Origin: Balanoglossus misakiensis
Taxonomy: Eukaryota; Animalia; Hemichordata
DNA: 64,000 nt
Reading direction: 5' to 3'
Assembly: GCA_040954595.2 (NCBI GenBank)
Contig: CM082582.2
Coordinates: 868,001-932,000 of the forward strand
Within the stretch, counting starts at the first letter, position 1. Every line of letters starts with the position of its first letter. The position numbers and the translations under genes were made by a program. Under the pieces are notes generated by a model that had not been told where the DNA came from, made no database searches, and was given only the letters and a program-made list of their open reading frames with translations. Shown here piece after piece: positions 51,149-62,647 of this stretch.

Positions 51149-54100
51149 CAGGGCTGTGTTTTGTTAACGCCAATAACGGCTATGCATAGGCGTAAACAAG
51201 ACACAGCCCTGCCACGCAGAGCTATGGGTTGGCCAGCCAACTCGGCACATGAAGGCCTGTGGCCTACAATTATTGCAGCTAGGTTGCATCCTCCTGCTTC
51301 GATTACAAACCCGATAAAACCATAAGAAGTTTCGCCGGTGTGTTCAAACTAATCCGCCATATTCGGGGCACTTTGGGGATAATTTTGGCGTCGGAGGTGT
51401 TTTCTGAATGGATGCAACCGTGCGTTTTTCAAATGTAATCGAGGTAAGACTTAAACACCGTAACTGAACTGTCGACGGAAAATTGATTTGGAAAAACCAT
51501 AAAAGGCTTTGTAGCAGTAGGGCAGCCAATACACCAGTCAACCAAGCAACACTCGCTACAACCATTGCAGCGAATGAGCGACTGGCTGGTAACTGAACTC
51601 AACTAGGTATGGGTTTCCGCCATCTTGAAATATTCAACGAACTCGATTCCCAAGACAACGGAGGTTAACAGGTACGTGCACAAGGACGAATGAAAGGAAA
51701 TCCACAAACAAACCACAATCAAATAACCATAATCATACTACCACTAGAAAAACAACAACAACAAAATTGCATGCACATCGTACTCACAAGTAAAGCGTTG
51801 GAAATTGTCTGATACAGATCGTTACCATGTACTAGTTTCAGCAGACTAAACTAAATGGAGCCAGCACGCATGCGCATCTACACAAAAACATCACCACGCA
51901 CGCGCACTACCACCACATAGACTTTCGGAAACACAGTCCGCCTTACTTTACATTGTGTCCATTACCCAGACGCCTTTGCGAACGTCAGGGTAACCAAGAC
52001 TTGACTTCACATACAATTACATTTAGAAATGTTAGAAACCTATAAAATCGATTAAGCAAAATAAAAACAAAATGCTCGTTAGGACATACGAACAAGATTG
52101 GAAATTATATTTTCTGTTGTCGCACTACTCTTGTTACTTGAACACCCGGCAACACATGCATTACCTACGCGCTGAACATAATCTGAAAATACAGTGGTCA
52201 ACACGCAGCCTTACCAACATGACTTCGTAACCAACAACAATTAATTTCGGTCATGTTTATGTTGAAAAATGACAAGACGGTTACTTAAGACGTAATGGTG
52301 ATTTTCCCATCAGACTTTTCCTCATTTGCACACAATTCACCTCAACGTACATGTATATTATTTTCCCACACTTTGCCCTTTTGCAACGCAAATAACGTAC
52401 AAAAGTTTGCTTAGCCATTCTACTACATGACACTTTGTCATAAACCCAGATATCCAGATAGAATCAAGGTATAGTTCTGATGTTTTACAATTTAGTATTT
52501 ACTCGTCTAACTTTTAATAATAGGTAAATTGTTTTCATTTTCCAATATTCACGCTAACTCTCGGAAAATCCCATAATATTTGCGATGTTCCTAACAATTT
52601 ATTATCAAACTCATTCGCAACGCTGGCGAATTCATTAATATTGTAACACCCGTTTCCAGTGTTTGCGTTAGCTAATATCTTTTGTGAAAACTTGAATACC
52701 ACATAAATAGTTTTGTCTTTCAACGCAAAATTACAATCGTACTAATTCAGAGCGGGTTTTACCACGCGCCAGGTCTTACACGTACCACGGTGTAATCATC
52801 CCCAAACTAAAAATAGCAAGAGGTCACTCATCATGCTGCTGTAAAGCACGTTATACATCCCGTCCACGAATTAAAACGTACGTCGACTATGTTCACCCAC
52901 CAACGCCTCGAATTCACGAATTGATACTGTAGCTGTCAATCAATTCAAGGCCTAACTAACAAATTAACTACATCAACACATGTTTTACTCTGCCCACGTG
53001 CTGAGAAAATATTTTCAAACTCGCAAGTGTACATGTGCTTGTGAATGCCGGCTGGGCTCGGTCACAGCTGTACTAACTACATGGTAAGACCAAGCAAACT
53101 CTGTTGTCAAGGCAACTATTGAAATTGTATCAATGGACTATAGAGTGTATCAATTTTATAAAAGTGGCCACACAGTCATGGTTCAATATAATCGAGACTT
53201 TTTGTTTTTGATTCGCATGACCTTGCTTTCCAACTATCACAATGAATGTCATTTGGTATGCTGTACGAGACACCGCCGCGCTTATGAAATATCAATAAAA
53301 ATTACTCCTATTAACACAACTGGTAGCAAACCCATGGTTTTGCAAACGAAACAGTTTCAAAACGAATTTGTCCCACCACCTTTGAAATAAATGTAATTTT
53401 CCAGACAGTATAAAAACCACATTACCCACTGTTGACAAATACTTGAATAACGCTACCCATAGAATAGTCACATGCTGAGATCATAAAATCACCTGTACAG
53501 TTTGTGTCGATATAGATGGCATGTATAGGCTGAAATCTGAAGGAATAAACCACATTAATTTTAACGGGGGAAGCCTCTGTGTTGCACGTTGCACCACGTA
53601 CCTTCAAAATTACGCACACACCTACATTATGTAATAACATTAGAAAGATAGAAAATAAACGAAAATCGCTGAATATACTTCTACCAAGTCAAATTGTGTT
53701 AAAATACGTACACAGGCGCATTCACAGCAGGCTACGGGTGATCTATATAAATACTGTACCACATACAACTACAGCAATGAGATCTAAAAACGCTGGTACG
53801 GACGTAGTGATTGGACTTCCGCTTAGAATCAACTAAAAATTCACCTAAGTAGAAATGACCTTCATCCAACCTAAGTCAATGACACGAATCACACTACAGC
53901 GCAGCGTCAGTAAAGCCTGGCGAAAGTAACAAAAAAAAATGATACATTCGAACCTGTGACCAGACACGCAGGAAATGCAACGTGAAATGATTGACATGAC
54001 CTGATTACCAAGCACTCATTCCAACCAACACGTATTGCGCTATGACATGCCAATTTTGTTTTCACAATGTCCATTACTTCGTCGTAGAGTACAAACAATG

Positions 54101-54746
54101 ATAAACAAAAATCAGTTTGGGGTTCAAAGCTACATCGGTTCGCACCTTCAAGAAATAAAATAGTTATGCCCTAACCAAATGAAAACAATCAACATTAAAC
54201 GTGCACGCACGTGTAGAAAAACATTCTACATTATCATTTGAATCCATCCCAAATCAAGAGGTTAGCGGTGACAGAACGTCTACCACCTAATCGAATAATT
54301 CCATAACAACTACTTAAATTGGTATTTTGCGATAATACCAAATAGTTCCTCGCCTAATTGCAATTAGCCGCCGAGTACGCCTTTCTACTGCACACGCATG
54401 ACCTAATACAGTCCACAAATATAACTTATAAGATTCATTGTTAAAATAAATTCGAAAACGAATTTCAAAATTTCCAAGTTCAGACACACACTAATTTTCA
54501 ATTTGACGAATCCATTTGATTTAATATCGGCAAATGTAAACTTGACACCAGATACACACCCCCGACATGAAAATAGTTGGAGTCATCAAACACGTGATAC
54601 GGAACAGGTAGCGAAAATACTCGTTTGTGAACCTTTCGCTTCTTGATCTTGTAAACGACATGTGAATATTCATGAGTTATTTATGAACGAATAGGATTGC
54701 TTCAGGCACTCTTCAGCCTCAGAATCCACTAAATATTCATGACCAG

Positions 54747-54955
54747 TATAAAAGTAAACCACACCCATAAATCTCTGACATACTTGTGACAGGACTTGAT
54801 CAAACCAACTTCAGGAAAACCCCAAAAGCAAAAAGCTGTTCACGGAGGACGTAGTGGCTAGGCTTTGGTGCGGTGTAAGCTACCTAGGAAAAGGGTTGTG
54901 ACTGTTGCGTTGGTGCGCGGCGTGTACTCTTTATCTTCATCACAAACTTCAACTG
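54747..54955 (+). promoter_or_regulatory. Candidate TATA box and non-coding first exon of the OB-fold gene
   Basis: TATAAAA at 54747, donor CTG|GTAAGT after 54955, acceptor ttccttttacag| before 55146, 22 nt upstream of the ATG. Confidence 0.45.
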
Positions 54956-55167
54956 GTAAGTGAACCAACTTTCTAATATTATAACGATGGAAGAGGTTTG
55001 ATTTCAATTCCAGAATGTTCAAAACTGCACAAAGATAAATATTCGTCCTGTTTGAATAAACGTGAAATAACAATAAACGCAAATCAAAAATGCCATAGAC
55101 GTGTTTTCCTGCTCATTAATCTAATCAACGTTCTTCCTTTTACAGTAAACAAATAACCAAGCGTACC

Positions 55168-58100
55168 ATGACTGATATATCGATAAAATTCAAGATACTG
55201 GAGGAACCAGAACCCAGAATGTCAGTGGCGGGAACGTTCCACAACGTAATGGCCCTCGACAACCATGGAACAATACGCGAAATCAAAATTTGGAAGGAAT
55301 CGTGCGTACCCAAAATAAGAAAAGGAGTTTACATCGAACTACGCCACTTTGGCACCTGCCGTGATGGTGGGATATCAATCAACAGAAACACAAAGGTGAG
55401 TAGAAAAACCCCAAACCCATGAGCCCAACGAGTACAAAAATCAAATATTGGCAAAAACACTTTCGCCACGCGTAACTTATACTCCGCCGTACCTACGGAC
55501 ACGGATACCTTTCAGATTTTAACGTGCACGCCGTGTTGCCAATCCGAACCGGACCAAACCAAAAAGACTTTTTACAACCAAAATTCTTACGAAAATAACA
55601 CCCGTGTAATCGTACTCTAAAATTTAGGACAAAAATCTATCGCGATTCTATAATACACACTGAAACACTCGCTTTGAAAAGAATTTCACAATACTTTAGT
55701 AAATTTACATCAGAAATAAAACCAGACTTGTCATACACCGAAAACACAGTTAATAAATGTATCGGCCACGCTCATTACATCAACGTGTGCACGTCGCCCA
55801 TGGTTTGTCTTGCTGATCGGCACAACCTTACACTCCGAACAAGTAGCAGCGGACCATTAGTGACTAGAAAAGCTCCCAACTCCTGTCCGCGCATTCATAA
55901 CCGTCAGACTCTGACAGATTTGTGAATCGGTTTTTTAAAACTTACTTACAAAAAATAATCTAATTGGCAAAGCCCATATAACTCGAACTAACAAATTCAG
56001 TCACTAACATGTGTACTGGGAAAGTTTTTAGCTGGTATAAAATAAAAGAATCAACACCTACTACCTTCGATTGTAATCCGCTAATTTTGTTTCGTTTTTA
56101 TACAAAATTTTCCAAACCTGACTAAACTCAACGGGTTCTTTTTAGTTGCGTTAGCGTTTCTTTACCGAGAACGGCCGATTTCGAACTCACAACGTGCGTC
56201 GACCTCCGTCACTGTTCTACGTTTAAATACTCCAGTCGCTAGCAATTTGAGCTGAACTGTAGCTGATTGCTTACGTTAAGCCCCGTTTCCGATGTCTGTC
56301 CGAGAAAACCACCATAAACGTTGGTCAACGAGATTCAAAATGGCGGCACCCATAGGGGTTTTCTCGCATAGACGCCGAAAATGGGGCTTAACGCAAGCAA
56401 TCAGCTACAGTTCAGCTCAAATTGCTAGCGACTGGAGTAACGTAGAACATTGACGGAGATCGACTGACGTTTTAAGTTCGAAATCGGCCGTTCTCGGTAA
56501 GGAAACACCACTTGAACAAATCCCTACAATTGTGCCAGATTTGTCTATGCAGCTATGCAGGCCTATGGTTGGAGGCTGGGACGTTTGAAAATCATTACCT
56601 TACTTTCATTTGGGTGAGCAGTACTGCCCCAAACAAGATATCACCCCCCCCCCCCCACACACACACACACACATACACTACCAACAGAGAAAAGGTTTAC
56701 TGCTAAGAGTAGAACAATTAATCACACCTATTGATGCCTTCTGACACCAAACACTGATGGAATACAACATCCTTTCCTTCCACAGATAGCTTACACAGGC
56801 ACCAAAGCCTTCAAGGTAAACCAAGATGTGGAGGACGCATTCCAGAACCCACCAGAAGTAACGTATCTGGCAGACATAGAGCAATCCCCAACGAAGAAGC
56901 GAATGACGGTTAGCGGCAAGATAGAAACAGTAAGCAGAATTAAATAAATGTTGATGCACTTTTGTAGCCCCACGACTCCCCTTGATGATTTTGGTTTTGT
57001 ATAGGGAGGCGGGAGCTACAGATCCAAGGTGTTCTAAAAGACACAACAGCGATAGAGTAATTGTTCATCGCAAATTTCTCCATTGGAGTCCACAATTTCC
57101 ACGCCAACTCGCTTTTGGAACTCAAGCCGCACTTACTTGGCAAAGGATGTCACGGTATTCGTCAATTTTACCTATGTTAACCAACTTATTCAACCGCATT
57201 CGGCAATGGATTTTAAAACAGCCGCCACATCTTGACTTGTATATTTGACCCGTGAAGTATACAAGTCAAGATGGCGGCTCTTATCAAGGCATTGCAGATG
57301 TCGCTTAAATAACTACAAAACCACGTGTAAAGTTCACAAATACTGCAGCATCCTTTGCCAGGTAAGTGCGGAATTGGTTCCAAAACCAATTAGGCGAGAA
57401 AATTTTGGACTGGAGTGTCGAAATTCACTGCAACCAATTACTCTATCGCTGTTGTGTCTTTCACAACACCTTGGATCTGCAGCTCCCGCCTCCCCGTACA
57501 AAGTAAAAAACCATAAAGGGGAGTTGTGGGGCTGCAAAACTGCAGCAAAAATAAATGCAGTCTTAAATGGTTGTGACTAAATAGTATCAGTATTACTCAG
57601 AATTGCAGCAAATGCTTCATTTTGTTCTTGAATTGATATTTTAAGAAATCACAATTCTAAAGTAAATGTGCTTATGTCTCCAACTTGGCCTACAACTGAT
57701 CACATAAATGTTTCCATGGTAACAGCTATGTGTATTTGAACACAGATAGTTCAAAACTGCCTCAAACATAGATTAACTCTGATTTGGCCAAGCATAACAT
57801 TGATACCTGAATTCAATCCTTTTTTTCAAGGTCTCGCCTGAAGTCCAAACTGTTAACAAAACAAGAAAGAGAGACATAACCCTAACTGACGGGAAAACAA
57901 ACATAAAACTGAACCTATGGGGAGCCAAATGTGATATGTCTATCCAAACTGGAGCAACAGTCAAAATTGGTCCGGTCATAGTCGACAAATTTCGACAACA
58001 GACTCAACTCAACAGCACCGTCTCAACCGAACTGCAGGTAAGTTGATAAACACTTAGCCTTGTCACCAAACCCAGTGTTTTTTAGATAGACTGAAACACA

Positions 58101-59561
58101 AGCATCTGGCCAAAGAGTCAACTGCCCTCTATTTTTAAGATCTGCGTGTAAATAGAACTATGAATGCAATGTCACGGCAACAAGGTCAGGACATGGTTTT
58201 GACTCTGATGTCGTTCAAGTCAATCAGTGTGTGCGACACACTACTGATTAGCCGTTGCTAATTGTTGGAACACAATTAGCATTAATTAGGAACCTATGTT
58301 CCATGGTAACAGCCAAATACTAATATGTCGCCTAAGGTGATTGACTTCAATGACGTCAGAGTAAAGACCAAGTGTTAACCTTGTTGCCGTGACAGCACAT
58401 TTTCAGTTCTATTGACATGCAGATCTGAAAAATGGAATATAGTTGACTCTGTGGCCAGACCCTTGTGTTTCAGTCTATCTCAAAAAGACTGGGTACGATG
58501 ACCAGGCTAATAAACACTGCAAACATAATGTTTACCAAAACCAAAGTGCCAGTTCAAGACACTTTTTCAAAACACCATTTTGCTCTCCAAACCAGCCAAA
58601 ACCGACTTTGTACACTGTTTGACTCCTACTCTAGAAACTACCATCTACAGTGATTGGCATCAAACTCAACTAAACTACTTTCACTACAATATTCAAATAC
58701 ACACAACCACAATTACAATACTGACAATTGTACACAACTAATGTATTGCATCAATTCTTACACACACAGATTCTGCAAGAAACAGCACCAGAAGAGGACA
58801 GAGAATTGACAGGTACCCTAGAAGGGATCGACGATGAGGAAAAGTAAGTACTAACAACACACACAGACTTACACACTGAATCTCACCCGATCTAAGGAGT
58901 CTCACCACTGTCTGATGCTGATTCAAACAGTATTGGTCAGACCTCTTAGCTAAGTAAAGATTTCACCCAAATATCTGTCTGCAGAACACATACAACCATG
59001 TTCAAAATGTCATAAACCAAACATGATTTTGTTTCAAAAATTGTGCTAGTTACACATTCTGTAAACTATCAACAGTCAATGTCTGACAGTCTAAAAACGT
59101 ACCACTACCTTGGTAAGAATATACTCCACGAAATAGCTATAAAATTGACAGAAAAACATTAACAAATTACTCTTCCATTGCAGTACTCTAATCATTGATG
59201 GGATATATATGAAATGTCACGGTGACCCAACAGAAACATTGGGCGAATACGAGAAGATAATTCAAAAATTACCAGTTCAAGTCGGCTACAAAAAAGGGCA
59301 ACACGACATGATAACAGAAATAAGGTAATAATGTGAACTTTTCGCTTTGTATTTTGGACTTGCCTAAAACAATATTATTGGAATACCTTATTAAATTCAA
59401 CATCAATACACCTGCATCAATCACAATACAATGACCAGCCCAAAACTGCTATTCTCTACTACAGGTTGAAAAGCGAACAAGAAAAATGTGTGGATGGTGC
59501 TGCAGGTGGAGAAAAGCAACTGAACGTGGATGGTGCTGCAGGTGGAGAAAGCCAAGACTGA
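55168..59561 (+). CDS. Six-exon tandem OB-fold (RPA/SSB-like) protein, ~296 aa; coding exons 55168-55395, 56786-56929, 57831-58037, 58770-58843, 59184-59324, 59465-59561
   Basis: All five introns are GT-AG with pyrimidine tracts and compatible phases (0,0,0,2,2), and the joined frame is open to TGA 59559-59561. OB-like strand pattern RMTVSGKIET-VSP...RDITLTDG...IKLNLWG. Exon boundaries are shared with the paralogous copies at 15.6-20.7 kb. The fold assignment is by motif recognition, not a profile search. Confidence 0.75.
56156..56506. repeat. Fold-back palindrome in OB-gene intron 1
   Basis: Arms ~56156-56310 and ~56357-56506 (TTACCGAGAACGGCCGATTTCGAACT / AGTTCGAAATCGGCCGTTCTCGGTAA). No TSD recognised. 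Confidence 0.85.
56951..57548. mobile_element. Fold-back non-autonomous DNA transposon with 9-bp TSD in intron 2
   Basis: Palindromic about ~57250, with AAATAAATG at 56942-56950 and 57549-57557. Confidence 0.85.
58055..58509. mobile_element. Fold-back non-autonomous DNA transposon with 9-bp TSD and TAG...CTA ends (AcademH- or MULE-type) in intron 3
   Basis: Termini TAGCCT / AGGCTA, long inverted arms, and ATAAACACT at 58046-58054 and 58510-58518. Confidence 0.85.
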
Positions 59562-61332
59562 ACGTGGACAGTGCTGCAGGTGGAGAAAGCCAAGAAACAT
59601 GTGAAATTTCTGTTCTGTACTTCATAAAAAAAAAAAGAATTAAAAAAAAGCCATTTGTGGTTAAAATAAGATTGGAATTTTGTTTGAACTCATCATTATG
59701 CCCAAAAACAACTTAAACCTTACACACACACCATAACAACACTAGAAATATCAGTCCTTGTTGAGAAGTGAACAAGCATTAATCAGAAACAAATATTTTT
59801 GGCATAACTACTGTAGCCAAACTACAGATTTATTACTGTTAAACGTACTGCTCACACAACAATGGTCTTATGCACATGACTTCCACCACTTGCCTCCAAT
59901 TCCAGTCTTGATTACTTTCAAAGTGACCTACGGCAAAAACTCAATCTGCATAATTAATTGTAAGGGACCAGTCGGTTTTTACGGCTGGGGGTGGCGCTGT
60001 TACAATCCAGGGGTGGGGGGGGGGGTAACTAATATTTTGAAATCAAACAAGGGAGGGGGGGGGGCATTTTTAAAAAAAAACGTTTAAGGGGTCACAAACT
60101 TTTGCCACCGAACTTTTGCTTTTGAGTCCACAGAATTGCAGTTTCGTGCCCTTTATTTTACAAAATTAACTAACGTGGGTGGGGGACATTTGCTGTACCT
60201 AAAAATATTGAAAACCTAATCTAACTGATGTTCCAAATATAAGACCACAGAAAAAATCAGATCTGGTGAGGGCGCACATCATTTACACCTAAATCCAACA
60301 GTGACCTCAATCCACCTCTTTCCGAATTATCAAGAAGGCGCTACAGCTTTACCCGCGCCCGCATCAGAAAAACCACAGCTCCATGTAACAGTATTGGTAA
60401 TAATGTAATGCATAAAAAGGATCAAGGGAAACTAATTGAACAGACGTACAAATAATGAGATTATGACGTGATGGAAGTCACTATAAGCTGAGGATGAGGA
60501 TGAGCCTGAATATGAGGATGAGGATGAGGCCAACTTCACGAACGTTATACATCATCCATTTGCGTTTTTTTTGCATCCAAGATATGAAGACTTACCGGTG
60601 AAAAACCAAACCATTTGACAAACTTACGTATCAGTAGTACTAGGTAAGTTGCATTCAATAGCATATGTAACCATTAGTCCAGTTCACAATCACAGCTACA
60701 AACTGCAGGTAACCGTATCGTACTCAGTCCGTTTGCTACCAGAACTGGCAGAAGTTCATTAGCTACGAATTTTGCCTTGGTTTAGATGTTAGACAGCAAA
60801 AACATACCATGTCACACAGAAACCAAGGCGAAACCTCGAGCAATACTAAACTGCAACAAGTAACCTACACCGATGTGTGTATAATAACTATATAGTCACT
60901 GATTTAAAAGAAACAAACCTATATACACACATTGTCATATTCTCTTTCAAAGCGCAAACCACTGAAAATTATCCTCCGATTGCTGAACAACACATTTTAC
61001 AGCAGTCAATGTCTATCGCCATACACCCTTGCTGCAATGTTGCAGCACCACGACTCCCCTTGACTACCGATGTATTAACCTCCAGTTTCTAGCCACAATT
61101 ACAAAAATCGTCAGGGGGAGTCATTGGCCTAAAAATAAACCCTGTAGCAACCATGCACCAATACCACCTAGGCATATAGCACGGTATTTGAAAATAACTG
61201 CTTCCCACACCACCTTAGATTAGGGTAGGGTGAGGCACTGTTTGTTAAACCAACACAGTATACATAGTCTAGGTAACCCAGACTGATCTATTTCTTACCC
61301 TGCACTCCAGAAAAGGGTCTGGGGAAATACCG

Positions 61333-62207
61333 TAGTGAACACCTATTGCCTGGCCATGAGGGCAATAGCGGCTGTTTATTACACCTGAGGGGCTGTGAGT
61401 TACCAGAATCATATGCTAACTCCCGAGGCCGCAGGCCGAGGGAAATAGCATATGATTCTGGTAACTCACAGTCACTAGGGGGTAAAAACGGCCGCTATGG
61501 CTCGAATATAGGCCAGGCTATAGCTGTTTTATAATAAACCTCATGCTAACAGCTGGGAAAATCTTGCAATTTTCTCTTGAGGTTGGCAGACGACACCTTC
61601 AGCGGTGGCAATTGTGTCAGACGACGCGACGTTGCTCACGTGACCGGTTTATATTTTTTCTGCTATTTCCCTAGCGGTTCACAGTCAATTCTATTTTCCT
61701 ATCACGTGACGGATTCTGGCGAATCACGGCACAGTATTAGCATGAGGTATATTATAAAATGAACTATAATATACGTCATGCTAATACTGTGCAGTGATTC
61801 GCCAGAATCCGTCACGTGATAGGAAAATAGAATCGACTGTGAACCGCTAGGGAAATAGCAGAAAAAATATAAACCGGTCACGTCACCAACGTGGTCACGT
61901 CAATCAGCCTCGCGTCGTCTGACACAATGGCCACCGCTGAAGATGTCGTCTGCCAGCCTCATGAGAAAATTGCAAGATTTTCCCAGCTGTTAGCATAAAG
62001 TTTATTATAAAACACCTATAGCCTGGCCTATATTCCGGCCATAGCGGCCGTTTTTACCCCCTAGTGACTGTGAGTTACCAGAATCATAATGCTATTTCCC
62101 TCGGCCTACGGCCTCGGGAAATAGCATATGATTCTGGTAATTCACAGCCCCTCGGGTGTAATACACGGCCGCTATGGCCCTCATGGCCAGGCAATAGGTG
62201 TTCACTA
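61333..62207. mobile_element. 875-bp near-perfect palindromic element, TA at both ends, each arm containing its own hairpin
   Basis: TAGTGAACACCTATTGCCTGGCCATGAGGG / CCCTCATGGCCAGGCAATAGGTGTTCACTA, centre ~61760. Inner hairpins are centred on CGAGGCCGCAGGCCGAG (~61424) and CTCGGCCTACGGCCTCG (~62100). Confidence 0.88.
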
Positions 62208-62248
62208 TAAAACAAATAACCCCATTCAGGATTGCAACAGCCGCAGTG

Positions 62249-62647
62249 ATAGCTGCAATGATTGTAGCGGGTGCTGCTAGGTACATTACCACTACAAGGC
62301 CTTGTGTGTAATTTTCCAATCAACTTTCGGTTGTCAGCTCAGTTACGGGGTTTAACTCTTACCTCCGATAACATTTGAAAACCGAACGGGTGCATCCCCC
62401 CAAAAAAACAACTCTGACGCCGAAATTTCCCCCAAAATTGTCCTGCTTACATTAAAAAAACGATAAAACCACTGAAGTTTCGCCGATGTTTACAAACTTT
62501 GTCCGCCATGTTTGCTCAAACATGGCGGAACACATAACTGAGCTGACGACCGAAAGTTGATTGGAAAATTACAGACAAGGCCTTGTAGCGGTTATGCTGC
62601 ACACCAGTCAACCAAGCAGCACCGGCCGCTACAATCATTGCAGCTAC
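62249..62647. repeat. Fold-back element with a rearranged relative at ~51310-51575
   Basis: TTTTCCAATCAACTTTCGGTTGTCAGCTCAGTTA vs TAACTGAGCTGACGACCGAAAGTTGATTGGAAAA. CGATAAAACCA..GAAGTTTCGCCG is shared by 51312 and 62461. Confidence 0.7.

Noticed and set aside
52535-52800. Possible further cargo exon (YDCNFALKDKTIYVVFKFSQK...)
   Set aside because: Protein-like, but there is an in-frame stop just upstream and no second copy or motif to support it; needs a tBLASTn search.
60490-60620. Acidic coding-like tract (EDEDEPEYEDEDE)
   Set aside because: Short GAGGAT repeat with a stop immediately upstream and no supportable exon structure.
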